A DNA stretch of 64,000 bases from positions 20,460,001 to 20,524,000 of the forward strand of contig OX597814.1 of NCBI GenBank assembly GCA_951406725.2, written 5' to 3'. This DNA is from Octopus vulgaris (lineage: Eukaryota). Under the pieces are notes generated by a model. That model searched no databases. It saw only the letters and a program-made list of their open reading frames with translations, and was not told the DNA's origin. The position numbers were made by a program, and so were the translations under genes. Position 1 is the first letter of the stretch; each line of letters starts with the position of its first letter. This document shows, one piece after another, positions 60,590-64,000 of the stretch.

Positions 60590-61071
60590 CAGGAGGTTGC
60601 CAAAAGGACTCCTAGGAGTTGGCAAGGAATTACGGGAGGGGAGGAGGGCGTTGCTGATAGCCAAGGGGTCAAATAGGGGTCGGCATATGAAAGACCAGCT
60701 CACCCAGATGAACTGCTTGAAATACTTAGTCAGCACCATGAAATGTGGGAAAACAAATTTTCACTGCAACGAGAAGTCTGCTGTTGCTAATGTTATAGGC
60801 TTGAGGCCATAATCTGTATTGTAATTGAAGATTGAGAGGCATGATTGAGGGGATGCAGACTGTCAAGTGTTTGCTTATGGAAATGACCAGGCCAGCTAGC
60901 GGAGATAAGATATTAAATACATATCTTGTAAACGTTTTTGTCAGCATCAGTACCCAGTATGCATTTAAGATGTGGTATGGTAATGTATTAAGATATTTTA
61001 AATGAGGAGGTGGGGCAGTGCAGAAGAAGGGACTAAAGGGGGTCAATGTCGAAAAAGTTTGGCGACTCCTG
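60590..61071. mobile_element. hAT (Charlie-type) non-autonomous element
   Basis: TIR CAGGAG(G)TTGCCAAA / TTTGGCGACTCCTG. 8-bp TSD ctttagag / ctctagag (7/8), matching the NTCTAGAN preference. Confidence 0.85.
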
Positions 61072-62239
61072 CTCTAGAGAAATAACAATGGGTTCATAAA
61101 AATACTGAAGTTGATGTCAGAAACATGTACTTAAGGGATAGTTATTTGGCAAACTTAAATATCAAAACCTATTAAACTATTTTACTATGTAAAGTTTGTC
61201 AGCATCTTCTGGGAAAACAAACCAAGCTAATGGAGAAGCCAATGATAATACCACAAAATGTGGAAGTTCTTTCTGACAGCATTCAACTCACTGTTGGCAT
61301 GTTGATACAGATCAAAATGGTCAAAAATGAAAGTACCATGAAATGAAATAGGAAGTGAATTCAATGATTTTAAGATTTCTTAACTGTTTACTGGATTGTT
61401 CACAAACTATAAAATAAAAACAGGTGATACTATATACCAAATTAAGCAGGGCTTACAGGAGCAAAACAAATTTCTTGAACATCTATTTTAATAATAGATT
61501 AAAAATGAGATCCTGGCTAGTTTATTCAAAGAGCTAAAGCTGCATATACAGTCTTTTGTTTTCAGACACTTTTCTAAATGAGTTTTCTGACTGGTTAAAC
61601 ATTTAAAACTGGAGAATCAGAGAAGATAGCATGCAACATTAAAGTATGATGTGTTGAACATGTAGGAAATCAAATGGAAATACTGAGGGTCAGCAACTTG
61701 AAGCACACAATACTTGTTTGAGGCATTGAGAAGAGCTGCAAGTGTTTTGAAGGGTTTTAAGTAATAAAGGTTTGACACTTAGAGGGATGAGAAATAGAGC
61801 TCACCAAACAATGGAAGTTTCATTGGCGGAATCATTGAACTTATTTTTACATGATCATCTCAAAAAATGTAAAAATGAGAAAGTAGATGCTTTTTATCTG
61901 GCCAAACCATGTATAAAAGATTGGTAGAAATTTTAGAAAAATGTGCAAGTTAAATCGAGAATGAAATCAACAACCTAGACTACAAATATTATATTATTGT
62001 TGCCTTAATGCTGGAGCTGACATATCTTGAGCAGCTGGTAATCATGGTTTCATACTTCTATAACAGAAAGCCTTGTGAGAGGTTTTTAACATTTTTGTTG
62101 ATAGAAAACCGTTTATCCACACTTGTTCAACAGTGAATGTAAACTTTTACTTGAAAATACCTGGGGGTCAATTCTGTGATGTATTTAACGTAAGAAACTC
62201 AGAGAAAATGACTGCAAACACTTTTTTAAAATATAACGG

Positions 62240-62578
62240 GTCCATAAGCTTGTGCCACGTATACTCCATTCATTTAACCCTGTTGCACATGACCATACCA
62301 GCACAGTTGTTTCTCTCGCACACCACATCTGATGCTTCTTATGTCCAACATTTCTCTTAGGGTGCTTACATTCTGTCGTGTTTGCGCACTGACATTACAC
62401 ATCCAGCGGATCATGCTAGCTTCATTTCTTTCAAGCCTACACATGTCCTCCACAGTCATGGCCCATGTTTCACTGCCGTGAAGCATGGCAGTTCGCACAC
62501 AGGCATCCTACAATCTACCTTTCGCTCTGAGCAAGAGGCCCTTTGTCACCAGTAGGGGTAGAAGCTTTCTAAACTTTA
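62240..62578 (-). mobile_element. RTE LINE C-terminal fragment
   Basis: RTAMLHGSETWAMTVEDMCRLERNEASMIRWMCNV..WYGHV. Confidence 0.88.
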
Positions 62579-62579
62579 A

Positions 62580-62840
62580 ATTATGGGGATGTAAACAAAC
62601 CAACACATTTAGTCAAGCAGTGGTGAGGTGACAAACACAAAGACACGCATACATAGATATATACATGTATATACATACAAGAGGTTTCTTTCAGTTTCTG
62701 ACTATCAAATCCATTCGCAAGTCTTTGGTCAGCCAAGGGTTATCATAGAAAACACTCACCCAAGGTGTCACACAGTGGGACTGAACCCAGAATCATTTGA
62801 CTGAAAGAAACTTCTTACCACACAGCCACACTTGCATCTA
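62580..62840 (-). mobile_element. SINE family B, 5' part
   Basis: cagtgggactgaaccc..cttaccacacagccac head. Confidence 0.75.
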
Positions 62841-62904
62841 TAAAACAGTTAAATTTGTGATCTCTTGCAAGACATGAACTCTTATGACTGGATTCAGTTA
62901 CGCC

Positions 62905-63066
<162 letters not shown>

Positions 63067-64000
63067 AGAAATTGATAAATTTTGTTTTGGAAATAGCTGT
63101 CGATCATTCAGTTAACAAAAAGATGTTACTTGAATGATGAAACATAGTAACAATCTCTGGGTAGCAATCATCACCTTTATCTGAATATAAAAATGTAAAT
63201 ATACTTACATGTAAACTCACACAGATATATATATATATATATATATTGCAATGGAAAAATTATCCAAGAAATGTAACTTATAAGTAAATGTTTGTAATCC
63301 TACCTTGAATATTTAGTTGCTAAGTTCAGTGAGTCCTCTAAACAAGTGTATTTTCCTGTGAAATGCTGAACTGAGGTTATGATAAATAGGTCTTGTGACT
63401 ATTGCATTTATAGCTTATTTTGGTCATAAGACTAAAAAATGAGTAGGTTTCAGAATAAAACAGTATAAATGGGCAGGTTGTTATGTTAGTAGGAAAACCA
63501 GTCAAGAATTAGCGCACCTCACAAGATTATATGTTTTAAAAATTTGGCTTATTTCTGTTAATGTAACAAAAGAATTTTTTTGTATATAAGTTTTCCTCCT
63601 CTCGTTGCCAATAAAATATATTATAAAAATAGTTTTGAGTAGTGTAATTTTGCATAAAGCCTCTAACACATAAAAAACAAAACAAAAGAAATGAGCCATT
63701 ATTCAGAGATACAAATGTAGACATGTATAGATGTATATAAATTTTGAATACAATAGATAATTGGAGCTCTTCAACAAAGTTGTGTATAATTCTATTGTAA
63801 TGGAATGGCATCATTAGCAGTGACAGTTACAAATATATAACCACAACAACAATATCAGTAACTATAAAGTATTTGAAATATTAAATATTATTATTATTTT
63901 CACTTTTGATGCTTTTCAATGTCTTTTGTATATGTAAATGGATGTTGAAATTCAGCATTGATTTGTTATAGAATGGAAGGAATAATTTATTCAATAGAGC

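Noticed and set aside
61170-62110. Coding-like, A-rich stretch, possibly an old transposase
   Set aside because: No ORF or diagnostic motif could be recognised by eye.
63304-63432. Minus-strand segment with donor-like GTAGGA and upstream ttttAG
   Set aside because: All three frames from that acceptor hit stop codons; it cannot be supported as a coding exon.

Overview
AT-rich, repeat-dense eukaryotic DNA. The SINE/LINE families and microsatellite load suggest an octopus genome (inference). Two convergent host genes are supportable. One is the terminal exon of a proline-rich WH2-domain actin regulator (+, 11389-11699). The other is a complete four-exon, 179-aa MARVEL tetraspan gene (-, 30405 to 22170; plasmolipin/CMTM-like, all phase-0 GT-AG introns). 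The rest is nested mobile DNA: an intact L1/Tx1-clade LINE (~42369-47575; zinc-knuckle ORF1 and an uninterrupted EN-RT-CCHC ORF2), decayed RTE LINEs and their (GAT)n tails, three tRNA-derived SINE families, and mariner, Merlin, hAT, piggyBac, Helitron, solo-LTR and Penelope-like remnants. The most notable unexplained signals are: (i) hammerhead-ribozyme-like cores with long stem II, including an inverted pair at 20.5-20.8 kb; (ii) a 3' end shared between the intact Tx1-type LINE and a SINE family, suggesting a LINE/SINE partnership; (iii) a CpG-retaining 40-51 kb block of GG-terminated Merlin-type elements around the LINE; (iv) a fold-back mariner built from two left ends. All calls were made by eye, with no alignment, folding or database search. 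Most short ORFs in the track are microsatellite or antisense noise.
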